Positions 11,876-21,591 of a stretch of 64,000 nt of DNA are shown piece after piece. Within the stretch, counting starts at the first letter, position 1. Each line of letters begins with the position of its first letter. Location of the stretch: NCBI RefSeq assembly GCF_055900595.2, contig NZ_CM148325.1. One strand, given 5' to 3'. The notes beneath the pieces were generated by a model. That model was not told the origin of the DNA and did not search any database. It worked only from the letters and a program-made list of their open reading frames with translations. A program made the translations under genes and the position numbers.

Positions 11876-14800
11876 TTACTCCTGACGGCGCGGTTTACCG
11901 GCAAACAAACGTTTCACCAGTACAAAAAACAGAGGAACGAAGAAAATGGCCAGTAATGTAGCGGTCAGCGTGCCGCCAATAATGCCCGTACCAATGGCGA
12001 TGCGGCTGTTCGCCCCTGCGCCGGTTGCTATCGCCAGCGGCATTACCCCCGCAATAAACGCCAGCGAGGTCATGATGATTGGGCGTAAACGAGTCTGCGC
12101 CGCGCGTAATGCCGCACGACTCAAGGAATAGCCCTCTGCAACCGCCGCTTCAGCAAATTCCACAATCAGAATGGCGTTTTTCGACGACAAGCCGATAGTA
12201 GTTAATAGCGCTACCTGGAAGTAAACGTCGTTGTTTAAATCACGCATCCAGGCCGCCAGCGCCGCGCCAAGAAGCCCCAGAGGGATCACCAGAATGACCG
12301 AGAACGGGACTGACCAGCTTTCGTACAGTGCTGCAAGGCAGAGGAAAACCACCAGAATAGAAACTGCATACAGACTTAATGCCTGACCGCTGGCCAGTTT
12401 CTCCTGCAATGACAAACCACTCCAGGCCCATGTTGTTCCCGCAGGAAGACTGTTTGCCAGTTCCTCCATTTTTGTCATTGCATCGCCGGAACTAAAGCCA
12501 GTCGCGTTTTCGCCCTGAATTTCATAGGCTGCCGAGCCGTTGTAGCGCACCAGTCTTTCCGGTCCATACAGCCAGCGGGTGGTCGCAAAAGCAGAGAATG
12601 GTGTCATGGCGTTATCGCTACCGCGCACAAACCATTTACCTAAGTCTGACGGCGCGGAACGAAATTCGCTGTCGCCCTGAATGTAGACTTTTTTCACACG
12701 ACCACGGTCAATAAAGTCATTCACATAAGTACCGCCCCACGCACTGGACAGGGTGTCGGTGACATCATTCAAACTCAACCCTAATGACACCGCTTTATTG
12801 CTATCAATATCTACCTGCAATTGCGGCATTTGTGGCAAATCATTGGCGCGTACAGAATGTAACTCCGGACTTTGATTCGCTTTTTCTATCAACTGATTAC
12901 GCATTTGCAGCAGTGTTTCACGATCGGTTCCACCGTTAGCTAACAATTCAAACGTAAAACCATTGCTTTGGCCCAGCCCATCAACGGCTGGCGGCGTCAT
13001 CGCAAATACCGTGGCATCACGAATTGTGCCCAGCTCTTTGGTAGCCCGTAGGGCGATAGCCTGGGCGGTGTTTTCTGCCCCTTTACGTTGAGACCAGTTT
13101 TTCAACGAAACAAACGCCATCCCGGTGTTCTGTCCGCTGCCGCTAAAACTGAAACCATCAACGGTAAAGATGACATCGGTATTTGCTTTCTCGTTAATCA
13201 GGAACCAGTCAACAATCTGGCGATTCACTTCTGCTGTACGGGCAGCGGTCGCCCCGGCCGGCAGCGTGTACTGCACCATGATTTCGCCCTGGTCTTCAGT
13301 GGGTAAGAAACTGCCCGGCAGTTTCCACATCATCAGGGCCATTCCACCACCCAGCACGACATAAAGCCCCATCGTTCGGGCTGCACGGCGCAGGACATAA
13401 ATTACGCCTCGCTGATATTTATCTTCAGTACGGCGGTAAAAGCGGTTAAATGCGCCGAAAAAGCCTTTTTTATGTGGCGGAACATGCTGGAGGACGGAAC
13501 CGCACAGGGCGGGAGTCAAGGTCAATGCCACCACCACGGAAAGCAGCATTGCGGAGATGATGGTGATGGAGAACTGACGATAAATTACGCCCGTAGATCC
13601 CCCAAAGAAGGCCATCGGCAGGAATACGGCTGACAACACCAGCGCAATGGCAACCAGTGCGCCAGAAATCTCGCCCATTGATTTTTCCGTGGCTTCACGC
13701 GCGGGCAACCCTTCGTCACGCATAATGCGTTCGACGTTCTCCACCACCACAATGGCATCGTCCACCAGCAAGCCGATCGCCAGCACCATTGCAAACAACG
13801 TCAGGGTATTAATCGAATAGCCAAACAACGCAAGAACGCCGAATGTGCCCAGCAAAACGACGGGGACAGCTAACGCCGGAATCAGTGTGGCACGCAGGTT
13901 TTGCAGGAATAAATACATCACGCAAACCACCAATACGATGGCTTCAAACAGCGTCTGAATTACGTCCTCTACGGAGATTTTAATAAATTCAGTGCTGTCT
14001 TTCGGGTATGCGATGTCGTATCCCTGCGGCATGTTCCGCTGGAATTCGGCAATCTTATCCTTGACCAGCGTCGCCGTATTCAGCGCATTCGCACCGGGCG
14101 AAAGCATTACAGCAACCCCGGCAGACGGGTGACCGTTAAGTTTGCCGATAGCGGTATAATCTTCACTGCCCATCTCAACGCGAGCCACATCTTTTATACG
14201 AACAACTGCGCCGTCTGACTGGCTTTTCACGATAATATTTTTGAACTGATCCACCGTCTGCAAGCGAGACTGCGCACGTACCGTTGCGGTCAGTTGCTGA
14301 GTATCCGGTGAAGGCAATGCCCCTATTTTCCCGGCAGTAACCTGCACGTTTTGCGCTTCAATAGCACTTTGCACGTCTGAAGGCATCAGCGAGTAAGACG
14401 CCAGTTTGGCCGGGTCGAGCCAGATGCGCATAGCGTATTCCGCGCCAAAGACTTGCAGACTCCCCACACCTTCAACACGCGCCAGGGGGTCCTGAACGTT
14501 ACTGACCAGCCAGTCGGCGATATCCGAACTGGAGGCTTTGTCAGTGGTGTCATACACGGCAGCAATCAGCAAAAAGTTGCTTTGTGATTTCTCCACCGTA
14601 ACACCTGTTTGCTGCACTTCGCTGGGTAGGCGCGACTCCGCCTGCTGAATTTTATTCTGCACCTGAACCTGTGCAGTATCTGGATCGGTACCTTGTTCAA
14701 AGGTCACATTAATACTGACCGAACCATCAGAGCTACTGGTTGAGCTGAAATAGAGTAAATTATCAAGCCCAGTGAGTTGTTGCTCGATAACCTGAGTCAC

Positions 14801-14983
14801 GCTGTTCTCCAGCGTTTCGGCAGAAGCACCAGTATAAGTGGCTGAAATTTTAATGGTCGGCGGTGCAACGTCAGGATATTGCGCGACGGGTAATGTGCGA
14901 ATAGCCAGAATCCCCGCCAACATAATCAAAATGGCGATAACCCAGGCAAAGACCGGGCGGCGAACAAAAAAGCGCGAAAACAT
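11876..14983 (-). CDS. RND multidrug efflux permease (AcrB/MexB-like)
   Basis: 1035 aa; N-terminus MFSRFFVRRPVFAWVIAILIMLAG and long stretches closely resemble AcrB as I recall it. Confidence 0.88.
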   Translation of the reverse strand: MFSRFFVRRPVFAWVIAILIMLAGILAIRTLPVAQYPDVAPPTIKISATYTGASAETLENSVTQVIEQQLTGLDNLLYFSSTSSSDGSVSINVTFEQGTDPDTAQVQVQNKIQQAESRLPSEVQQTGVTVEKSQSNFLLIAAVYDTTDKASSSDIADWLVSNVQDPLARVEGVGSLQVFGAEYAMRIWLDPAKLASYSLMPSDVQSAIEAQNVQVTAGKIGALPSPDTQQLTATVRAQSRLQTVDQFKNIIVKSQSDGAVVRIKDVARVEMGSEDYTAIGKLNGHPSAGVAVMLSPGANALNTATLVKDKIAEFQRNMPQGYDIAYPKDSTEFIKISVEDVIQTLFEAIVLVVCVMYLFLQNLRATLIPALAVPVVLLGTFGVLALFGYSINTLTLFAMVLAIGLLVDDAIVVVENVERIMRDEGLPAREATEKSMGEISGALVAIALVLSAVFLPMAFFGGSTGVIYRQFSITIISAMLLSVVVALTLTPALCGSVLQHVPPHKKGFFGAFNRFYRRTEDKYQRGVIYVLRRAARTMGLYVVLGGGMALMMWKLPGSFLPTEDQGEIMVQYTLPAGATAARTAEVNRQIVDWFLINEKANTDVIFTVDGFSFSGSGQNTGMAFVSLKNWSQRKGAENTAQAIALRATKELGTIRDATVFAMTPPAVDGLGQSNGFTFELLANGGTDRETLLQMRNQLIEKANQSPELHSVRANDLPQMPQLQVDIDSNKAVSLGLSLNDVTDTLSSAWGGTYVNDFIDRGRVKKVYIQGDSEFRSAPSDLGKWFVRGSDNAMTPFSAFATTRWLYGPERLVRYNGSAAYEIQGENATGFSSGDAMTKMEELANSLPAGTTWAWSGLSLQEKLASGQALSLYAVSILVVFLCLAALYESWSVPFSVILVIPLGLLGAALAAWMRDLNNDVYFQVALLTTIGLSSKNAILIVEFAEAAVAEGYSLSRAALRAAQTRLRPIIMTSLAFIAGVMPLAIATGAGANSRIAIGTGIIGGTLTATLLAIFFVPLFFVLVKRLFAGKPRRQE

Positions 14984-16104
14984 CAGGCATTGCCTCCATT
15001 AGCCTGAACTTCAACAGCCTTGACGGTCTGCCCTGAAGTGACTTTGGCAGAACCTTCAACAATCAGTCGGTCGCCGTTGTGCAGGCCGTTCAGCACCAGC
15101 CATTTATCACCATACGTTTCTCCCGTTTCGAGCGTTCGCTGCTCTACTTTATTGTCTTTATTCACCACCAGCGCAGTTGCATTGCCTTTAGCATCGCGCG
15201 TGACGCCCTGTTGAGGCGCGAGAATAGCGTTTTCCATCACGCCTTCATCGACACGAGCGCGAACAAACATTCCCGGTAATAACTGCTGTTGTGGATTGGG
15301 GAAAATTGCCCGTAATGTCACCGAACCGGTAGACTCATCCACCGCGACTTCGGTGAGTTCCAGACGCCCTTTTTCGCTGTAGGTTGTGCCATCTTCCAGA
15401 ATAAGTGAGACGCTCATGGTGTCACTGTTGGTCGCCAGTGACTGTTTACGCAGACGTAATAAATCGACACTGGAGCGAGTGAGGTCGACATACATTGTAT
15501 CCAGACCACGAATAGTCGTTAACGCTGTATCTTGCGACGCGGTCACCAGTGCGCCAGGGGTTACCGACGAAATGCCAATACGCCCCGAAATCGGCGCAGT
15601 GACCGTGGTCCAGTCAAGATTAATGCGCGCAGTTTCCAGTGCGGCTTTTTTCGCCTCTACACTGGCTTTATCTTGTGCACAGGTAGACTGAGCATCATCA
15701 GCATCCTGTTGTGAAACACCGTTCTCTTTCACCAGTCGGGCATAACGCTGCGCTTTCTGGCAATCGGCTTTTACCAGTGCCTGTGCTTGTTGTAATGCTG
15801 CCCGAGCTTCATTCCATGCAGCCTGATAACTGGCCGCATCAATCTGGTAGAGCGGCTGTCCAGCCTTGACCAGATCACCTTCCTTAAATAAGCGTTTCTG
15901 GATAATTCCCCCAACCTGCGGACGTACTTCGGCACTGAGCGCAGCACTGGTGCGTCCGGTTAATTCACTGACTACCGAGACCGGTTGAGATTTGACTGTA
16001 ACAACGCCGACTTCTGTTTCTGACGGGGATGAATTGTTACTTTGCGTATTATCACAACCAGATAAGAGCAGCATTGCCACTACAGATGTTGCTATATACT
16101 TCAT
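14983..16104 (-). CDS. RND efflux membrane fusion (periplasmic adaptor) lipoprotein
   Basis: ORF 14983..16137 trimmed to ATG at 16104 (MKYIATSVVAMLLLSGC lipobox) with GGAG RBS 8 nt upstream; AcrA-like translation. Confidence 0.8.
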   Translation of the reverse strand: MKYIATSVVAMLLLSGCDNTQSNNSSPSETEVGVVTVKSQPVSVVSELTGRTSAALSAEVRPQVGGIIQKRLFKEGDLVKAGQPLYQIDAASYQAAWNEARAALQQAQALVKADCQKAQRYARLVKENGVSQQDADDAQSTCAQDKASVEAKKAALETARINLDWTTVTAPISGRIGISSVTPGALVTASQDTALTTIRGLDTMYVDLTRSSVDLLRLRKQSLATNSDTMSVSLILEDGTTYSEKGRLELTEVAVDESTGSVTLRAIFPNPQQQLLPGMFVRARVDEGVMENAILAPQQGVTRDAKGNATALVVNKDNKVEQRTLETGETYGDKWLVLNGLHNGDRLIVEGSAKVTSGQTVKAVEVQANGGNA

Positions 16105-16131
16105 TATTTTCTCCAGGGTGAGAAATACCCT

Positions 16132-16151
16132 CCTCATTAAAATTAATGAGG
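16132..16151. promoter_or_regulatory. candidate operator palindrome upstream of the efflux operon
   Basis: cctcattaa-aa-ttaatgagg, perfect 9-bp inverted-repeat arms, about 30 bp upstream of the MFP start codon. Confidence 0.45.
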
Positions 16152-16252
16152 ATATGTCAGGGATATTCAGTTATAACGAACCCGCATCGCAAAATGAATT
16201 TCGCAATGAAATAAGGGGGATTAATATCCCCCGCTATTGGTTAATTCTGTTC

Positions 16253-16819
16253 TTATTTATTTATCAACATACTAACAATATCCTGATATATTTCCTGCAG
16301 ATGTTGTGGATCGCTTTTTTGCGGTGTTAAACGACGATAAACTGTACCTTCCATCATGGTAGCAAACACTTCAACGCAGCAACGAATGTGCTCGTCGCTA
16401 AGATGGGGATGCATTCTTTTCATATGTGCACAACCGTTAGCGAACATTCTGGCGTCAGCTTCTTCAAGCATTGCCATAACCCGCGGGTTGCGTGTGGCTT
16501 CTGCAGCCACTTCCAGCATCAGCGCGTCGTCGTCCTCATTTAAGGATTTACGCAAGGCAAGGACTTCCGGGAAGTGATCGGTACGCGCGTCAATGTCCAT
16601 TTGGGCAATACGAAAGTCGATGATACGGCGAACCATCTCTTCAATAATGGCGTCTTTGTTGGCGAAGTAACGATATATCTGACCCACGCTAAGCTGAGCT
16701 TCACTGGCAATTTGCGACATACTGGCGGCATGAAATCCGCAGCGACGAAAACACCGACGGGCGGCGTTAATGATTTCATCCTGACGCTGTTTGTGGCGTA
16801 TCTCCAGCTTGCTGGTCAT
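16253..16819 (-). CDS. TetR/AcrR-family transcriptional regulator
   Basis: ORF 16253..16840 trimmed to ATG at 16819 with AGGAGA RBS; N-terminal HTH typical of the TetR family. Confidence 0.8.
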   Translation of the reverse strand: MTSKLEIRHKQRQDEIINAARRCFRRCGFHAASMSQIASEAQLSVGQIYRYFANKDAIIEEMVRRIIDFRIAQMDIDARTDHFPEVLALRKSLNEDDDALMLEVAAEATRNPRVMAMLEEADARMFANGCAHMKRMHPHLSDEHIRCCVEVFATMMEGTVYRRLTPQKSDPQHLQEIYQDIVSMLINK

Positions 16820-16854
16820 TTCTGTCTCCTGGCCTATCACTTAGTGAGAATGAT

Positions 16855-16872
16855 CATTCTCATTTTTGCTAA
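16855..16872. promoter_or_regulatory. perfect 18-bp palindrome upstream of the tetR-family gene
   Basis: tgagaatgatcattctca is its own reverse complement; lies 36 bp upstream of the tetR start. Confidence 0.45.
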
Positions 16873-17295
16873 TTATACGTTTCTCCAAAGTAATGGAAAG
16901 TATTTTTATTTATTCATGATGCATATTCTGATAATGAAGAGATTGTGGAGATTCTGTGAAGATAGTTGACAATATTAAGTTGGAGTCAATTCATCAGAAA
17001 GACAGCGACTTATTGTCGCCAGTTCTGTTTTCATCATCAAACTTATCGGAGCTAATACGAATAGTTTCAAAGTCAGATTCTATAAGATATTTCCCCAACC
17101 TCCCCCTTGCAGGCGTCAGGAGTAGATAACGCAAAATGCTCTGTACCGCAGCTTCTCTCCGCTACAGAAAGCGCAACTATAGCCACCCACAGCCAGGTTG
17201 ATTATAATAACCGTTTATCTGTTCGTACTGTTTACTAAAACGACGAATCGCCTGATTTTCAGGCACAACAAGCATCAACAATAAGGATTAAAGCT

Positions 17296-18084
17296 ATGGG
17301 TTTTCTTTCCGGTAAGCGCATTCTGGTAACCGGTGTTGCCAGCAAACTGTCCATCGCCTACGGTATCGCTCAGGCGATGCACCGCGAAGGAGCTGAACTG
17401 GCATTCACCTACCAGAACGACAAACTGAAAGGCCGCGTAGAAGAATTTGCCGCTCAATTGGGTTCTGACATCGTTCTGCAGTGCGATGTTGCAGAAGATG
17501 CCAGCATCGACACCATGTTCGCTGAACTGGGTAAAGTTTGGCCGAAATTTGACGGCTTTGTACATTCCATTGGTTTTGCACCGGGCGATCAGCTGGATGG
17601 TGACTATGTTAACGCCGTTACTCGTGAAGGCTTCAAAATTGCCCACGACATCAGCTCCTACAGCTTCGTTGCAATGGCAAAAGCTTGCCGCTCCATGCTG
17701 AATCCGGGTTCTGCCCTGCTGACCCTTTCCTACCTTGGCGCTGAGCGCGCTATCCCGAACTACAACGTTATGGGTCTGGCAAAAGCGTCTCTGGAAGCGA
17801 ACGTGCGCTATATGGCGAACGCGATGGGTCCGGAAGGTGTGCGTGTTAACGCCATCTCTGCTGGTCCGATCCGTACTCTGGCGGCTTCCGGTATCAAAGA
17901 CTTCCGCAAAATGCTGGCTCATTGCGAAGCCGTTACCCCGATTCGCCGTACCGTTACTATTGAAGATGTGGGTAACTCTGCGGCATTCCTGTGCTCCGAT
18001 CTCTCTGCCGGTATCTCCGGTGAAGTGGTCCACGTTGACGGCGGTTTCAGCATCGCTGCAATGAACGAACTCGAACTGAAATAA
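17296..18084 (+). CDS. fabI: enoyl-ACP reductase (NADH)
   Basis: 262-aa translation [40 protein letters not shown]... is FabI. Confidence 0.95.
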
Positions 18085-18227
18085 TCGTTCTGTTGGTCAA
18101 GATGGGCGGCGTTCTGCCGCCCGTTATCTCTGTTATACCTTTCTGATATTTGTTATCGCCGATCCGTCTTTCTCCCCTTTCCGCCTTGCGTCAGGATAAC
18201 GATTTCCTTTACGACCAAGGAGCGCCC

Positions 18228-19355
18228 ATGGAACAACGCCACATCACCGGCAAAAGCCACTGGTATCATGAAACGCAATCCAGTACTGCGGAGAATGACG
18301 TTCTGCCTCTGGTCCCGGAAGCCGCAAAGGTTCGCGATCCCTTTCTGCTCGACGTGATCCTTGATGAAGAAACGCTGGCCCCCTTCCTTTCATGGATGGT
18401 CCCGGCGCGCATTCTTGCAGCGGAGTTGTTCCCTGACCAGCTTACTGTGACCCGTTCACAGACCTTCACCGCTTATGAACGCTTGTCGACGGCTCTGACG
18501 GTTGCTCAGGTTTGCGGCGTCCAGCGGTTATGTAACTACTATTCGGCGCGACTTACGCCGCTCCCCGGGCCTGATTCCTCCAGGGAAAGTAATCATCGGT
18601 TGGCACAAATCACGCAATATGCCCGCCAACTGGCCAGCTCGCCTTCTATTATCGACAACCGATCGCGCCAACATCTGAATGACGTCGGTCTTACTGCCTG
18701 GGACTGTGTGATAATCAACCAAATAATTGGTTTTATTGGCTTTCAGGCGCGGACAATTGCGACATTTCAGGCTTATCTCGGGCATTCGGTACGCTGGTTA
18801 CCCGGTCTGGAGATACAAAACTACGCCGACGCGTCACTGTTTGCTGATGAATCAATACGCTGGCGAAGCAGCTATGAGGTGGAAAAACTACCTGAAGAGC
18901 ACACAAAAAGTTCTAATGCAGAACTTTGCCAACTGACCGAAACACTCTCTCTCCACCCTATTTCACTTTCCCTTCTCGAAAAGTTGTTAAACAGCACACG
19001 GGTCAATACACAGCCGGATAATAAGCTTGCGGCGTTGTTATGCGCGCGTATTAATGGCAGTCCTGCTTGTTTTGCTGCCTGTATGAATTCATCAAATGAA
19101 TATAAAAAAATCAGCCCCCTTCTGCGCAAGGGCGAAAATGAAATTAACCAATGGGCTGACCGTCATTCTGTTGAGCGCGCTACCGTTCAGGCGATACAAT
19201 GGCTGACCCGAGCACCCGATCGCTTTAGCGCAGCCCAATTCAGTCCATTACTCGAACACGAAAAATCATCAACGCAGATTATTAATCTGCTGGTATGGAG
19301 CGGGATGTGTGGCTGGATAAATCGCTTAAAAATCGCATTGGGTGAGACATATTAA
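18228..19355 (+). CDS. yciW: conserved protein YciW (CMD-domain, putative peroxidase-related)
   Basis: ORF 18150..19355 trimmed to ATG at 18228 with AAGGAG RBS, giving 375 aa; synteny between fabI and rnb. Confidence 0.8.
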   Translation: MEQRHITGKSHWYHETQSSTAENDVLPLVPEAAKVRDPFLLDVILDEETLAPFLSWMVPARILAAELFPDQLTVTRSQTFTAYERLSTALTVAQVCGVQRLCNYYSARLTPLPGPDSSRESNHRLAQITQYARQLASSPSIIDNRSRQHLNDVGLTAWDCVIINQIIGFIGFQARTIATFQAYLGHSVRWLPGLEIQNYADASLFADESIRWRSSYEVEKLPEEHTKSSNAELCQLTETLSLHPISLSLLEKLLNSTRVNTQPDNKLAALLCARINGSPACFAACMNSSNEYKKISPLLRKGENEINQWADRHSVERATVQAIQWLTRAPDRFSAAQFSPLLEHEKSSTQIINLLVWSGMCGWINRLKIALGETY

Positions 19356-19422
19356 CCTTGCTGCGTCAGACAGATTCGCGTAAAACTGTCAGCCGCTCTA
19401 ATGGCCACCAAAATAGACAATT

Positions 19423-21357
19423 ATGTTTCAGGACAACCCGCTGCTAGCGCAGCTTAAACAGCAACTGCATTCCCAGACGCCACGCGCTGAAGGGGTGGTA
19501 AAAGCCACAGAAAAAGGCTTTGGCTTCCTGGAAGTCGACGCGCAAAAAAGTTATTTCATTCCGCCGCCGCAGATGAAAAAAGTCATGCATGGCGACCGAA
19601 TTATCGCGGTGATCCACAGTGAAAAAGAACGTGAATCCGCAGAGCCAGAAGAACTGGTTGAACCGTTTCTGACTCGTTTCGTGGGTAAAGTTCAGGGCAA
19701 AAATGACCGTCTGGCCATCGTTCCTGATCATCCACTGTTAAAAGACGCCATTCCTTGCCGCGCAGCCCGTGGTCTGAACCACGAGTTTAAAGAAGGCGAC
19801 TGGGCGGTTGCCGAAATGCGCCGTCATCCGCTGAAAGGCGATCGTTCTTTCTATGCTGAACTGACACAATACATCACTTTTGGTGACGACCACTTTGTAC
19901 CGTGGTGGGTTACCCTGGCGCGCCATAACCTGGAAAAAGAAGCACCAGACGGCGTCGCTACAGAAATGCTTGATGAAGGTCTGGTTCGTGAAGATCTGAC
20001 TGCACTGGATTTTGTCACCATCGACAGTGCCAGCACGGAAGATATGGATGATGCCCTTTTCGCTAAGGCGTTGCCGGATGACAAACTGCAGCTGATTGTG
20101 GCGATTGCCGATCCAACCGCGTGGATCGCAGAAGGCAGCAAGCTGGACAAAGCCGCGAAAATTCGCGCATTCACCAACTATCTGCCTGGCTTCAACATCC
20201 CTATGCTGCCTCGCGAGCTTTCTGACGATCTCTGCTCACTGCGCGCCAATGAAGTCCGCCCGGTACTGGCATGCCGCATGACGCTCTCCGCTGATGGCAC
20301 CATTGAAGATAATATCGAATTCTTTGCCGCCACCATCGAATCCAAAGCGAAGCTGGTGTATGACCAGGTCTCTGACTGGCTGGAAAATACCGGTGACTGG
20401 CAGCCTGAAAGTGAAGCAATTGCCGAACAAGTCCGTTTGTTAGCGCAAATTTGCCAACGCCGTGGCGAGTGGCGTAATAACCACGCACTGGTATTTAAAG
20501 ATCGCCCGGATTACCGCTTTATTCTCGGTGAAAAAGGTGAAGTGCTGGATATCGTCGCCGAGCCTCGTCGCATTGCCAATCGTATCGTCGAAGAAGCGAT
20601 GATTGCCGCTAACATTTGTGCGGCCCGCGTACTGCGCGATAAGCTCGGTTTTGGCATCTATAACGTGCATATGGGCTTTGATCCGGCGAATGCCGACGCG
20701 CTGGCGGCGTTGCTGAAAACCCACGGTCTGCATGTCGATGCCGAAGAAGTGCTCACGCTGGACGGTTTCTGCAAACTGCGTCGTGAACTGGATGCGCAAC
20801 CAACTGGTTTCCTCGACAGCCGCATTCGTCGCTTCCAGTCATTTGCTGAAATTAGCACTGAACCCGGTCCTCACTTTGGCCTCGGTCTGGAAGCATACGC
20901 CACCTGGACTTCGCCAATCCGTAAATATGGCGACATGATCAACCACCGTCTGCTGAAAGCGGTTATCAAAGGCGAAACTGCGACGCGTCCGCAGGATGAA
21001 ATCACTGTCCAAATGGCCGAGCGTCGCCGTCTCAACCGAATGGCAGAACGTGATGTTGGCGACTGGTTATACGCACGCTTCCTGAAAGACAAAGCCGGGA
21101 CCGACACCCGTTTCGCGGCGGAAATTGTCGATATCAGCCGTGGCGGCATGCGTGTGCGTTTGGTTGATAACGGCGCTATCGCCTTTATTCCAGCACCTTT
21201 CTTACACGCTGTGCGCGATGAACTGGTTTGCAGCCAGGAAAACGGCACTGTACAAATTAAAGGTGAAACGGCTTACAAAGTGACCGACGTTATTGACGTC
21301 ACCATTGCCGAAGTCCGCATGGAAACCCGCAGCATTATTGCACGCCCGGTCGCGTAA
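19423..21357 (+). CDS. rnb: exoribonuclease II
   Basis: 644 aa; RNB-family translation with N-terminal cold-shock and C-terminal S1 regions. Confidence 0.93.
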   Translation: MFQDNPLLAQLKQQLHSQTPRAEGVVKATEKGFGFLEVDAQKSYFIPPPQMKKVMHGDRIIAVIHSEKERESAEPEELVEPFLTRFVGKVQGKNDRLAIVPDHPLLKDAIPCRAARGLNHEFKEGDWAVAEMRRHPLKGDRSFYAELTQYITFGDDHFVPWWVTLARHNLEKEAPDGVATEMLDEGLVREDLTALDFVTIDSASTEDMDDALFAKALPDDKLQLIVAIADPTAWIAEGSKLDKAAKIRAFTNYLPGFNIPMLPRELSDDLCSLRANEVRPVLACRMTLSADGTIEDNIEFFAATIESKAKLVYDQVSDWLENTGDWQPESEAIAEQVRLLAQICQRRGEWRNNHALVFKDRPDYRFILGEKGEVLDIVAEPRRIANRIVEEAMIAANICAARVLRDKLGFGIYNVHMGFDPANADALAALLKTHGLHVDAEEVLTLDGFCKLRRELDAQPTGFLDSRIRRFQSFAEISTEPGPHFGLGLEAYATWTSPIRKYGDMINHRLLKAVIKGETATRPQDEITVQMAERRRLNRMAERDVGDWLYARFLKDKAGTDTRFAAEIVDISRGGMRVRLVDNGAIAFIPAPFLHAVRDELVCSQENGTVQIKGETAYKVTDVIDVTIAEVRMETRSIIARPVA

Positions 21358-21591
21358 TCTCCTTTCACGGCCCATTCCTCATGAATGGGCCGTTTATTTC
21401 CCCGCTCCACCTTCGCCATATCCCGGCAGATTTTTAACTGACTTTCGTTTGAAAACTGGCGTTTTTCCAAAACTGGATTACAAATAAATAGATAAAAAAA
21501 ACAATGCGTTTAGCCGCCGTTAATTTCATGTAAGTCATGTTGTTCCTTTTATTTAACCGCGGACTCCGCTGTTAACCGGAGGATATGCATC

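Noticed and set aside
13088-13364. Short plus-strand ORFs within the RND pump gene, and similar ones at 12240-12431 and 13585-13794
   Set aside because: All lie inside and antisense to, or out of frame with, the 1035-aa RND permease gene, which is strongly supported.
17275-18033. 252-aa minus-strand ORF overlapping fabI
   Set aside because: Antisense shadow of fabI; fabI itself translates to a recognisable enoyl-ACP reductase.
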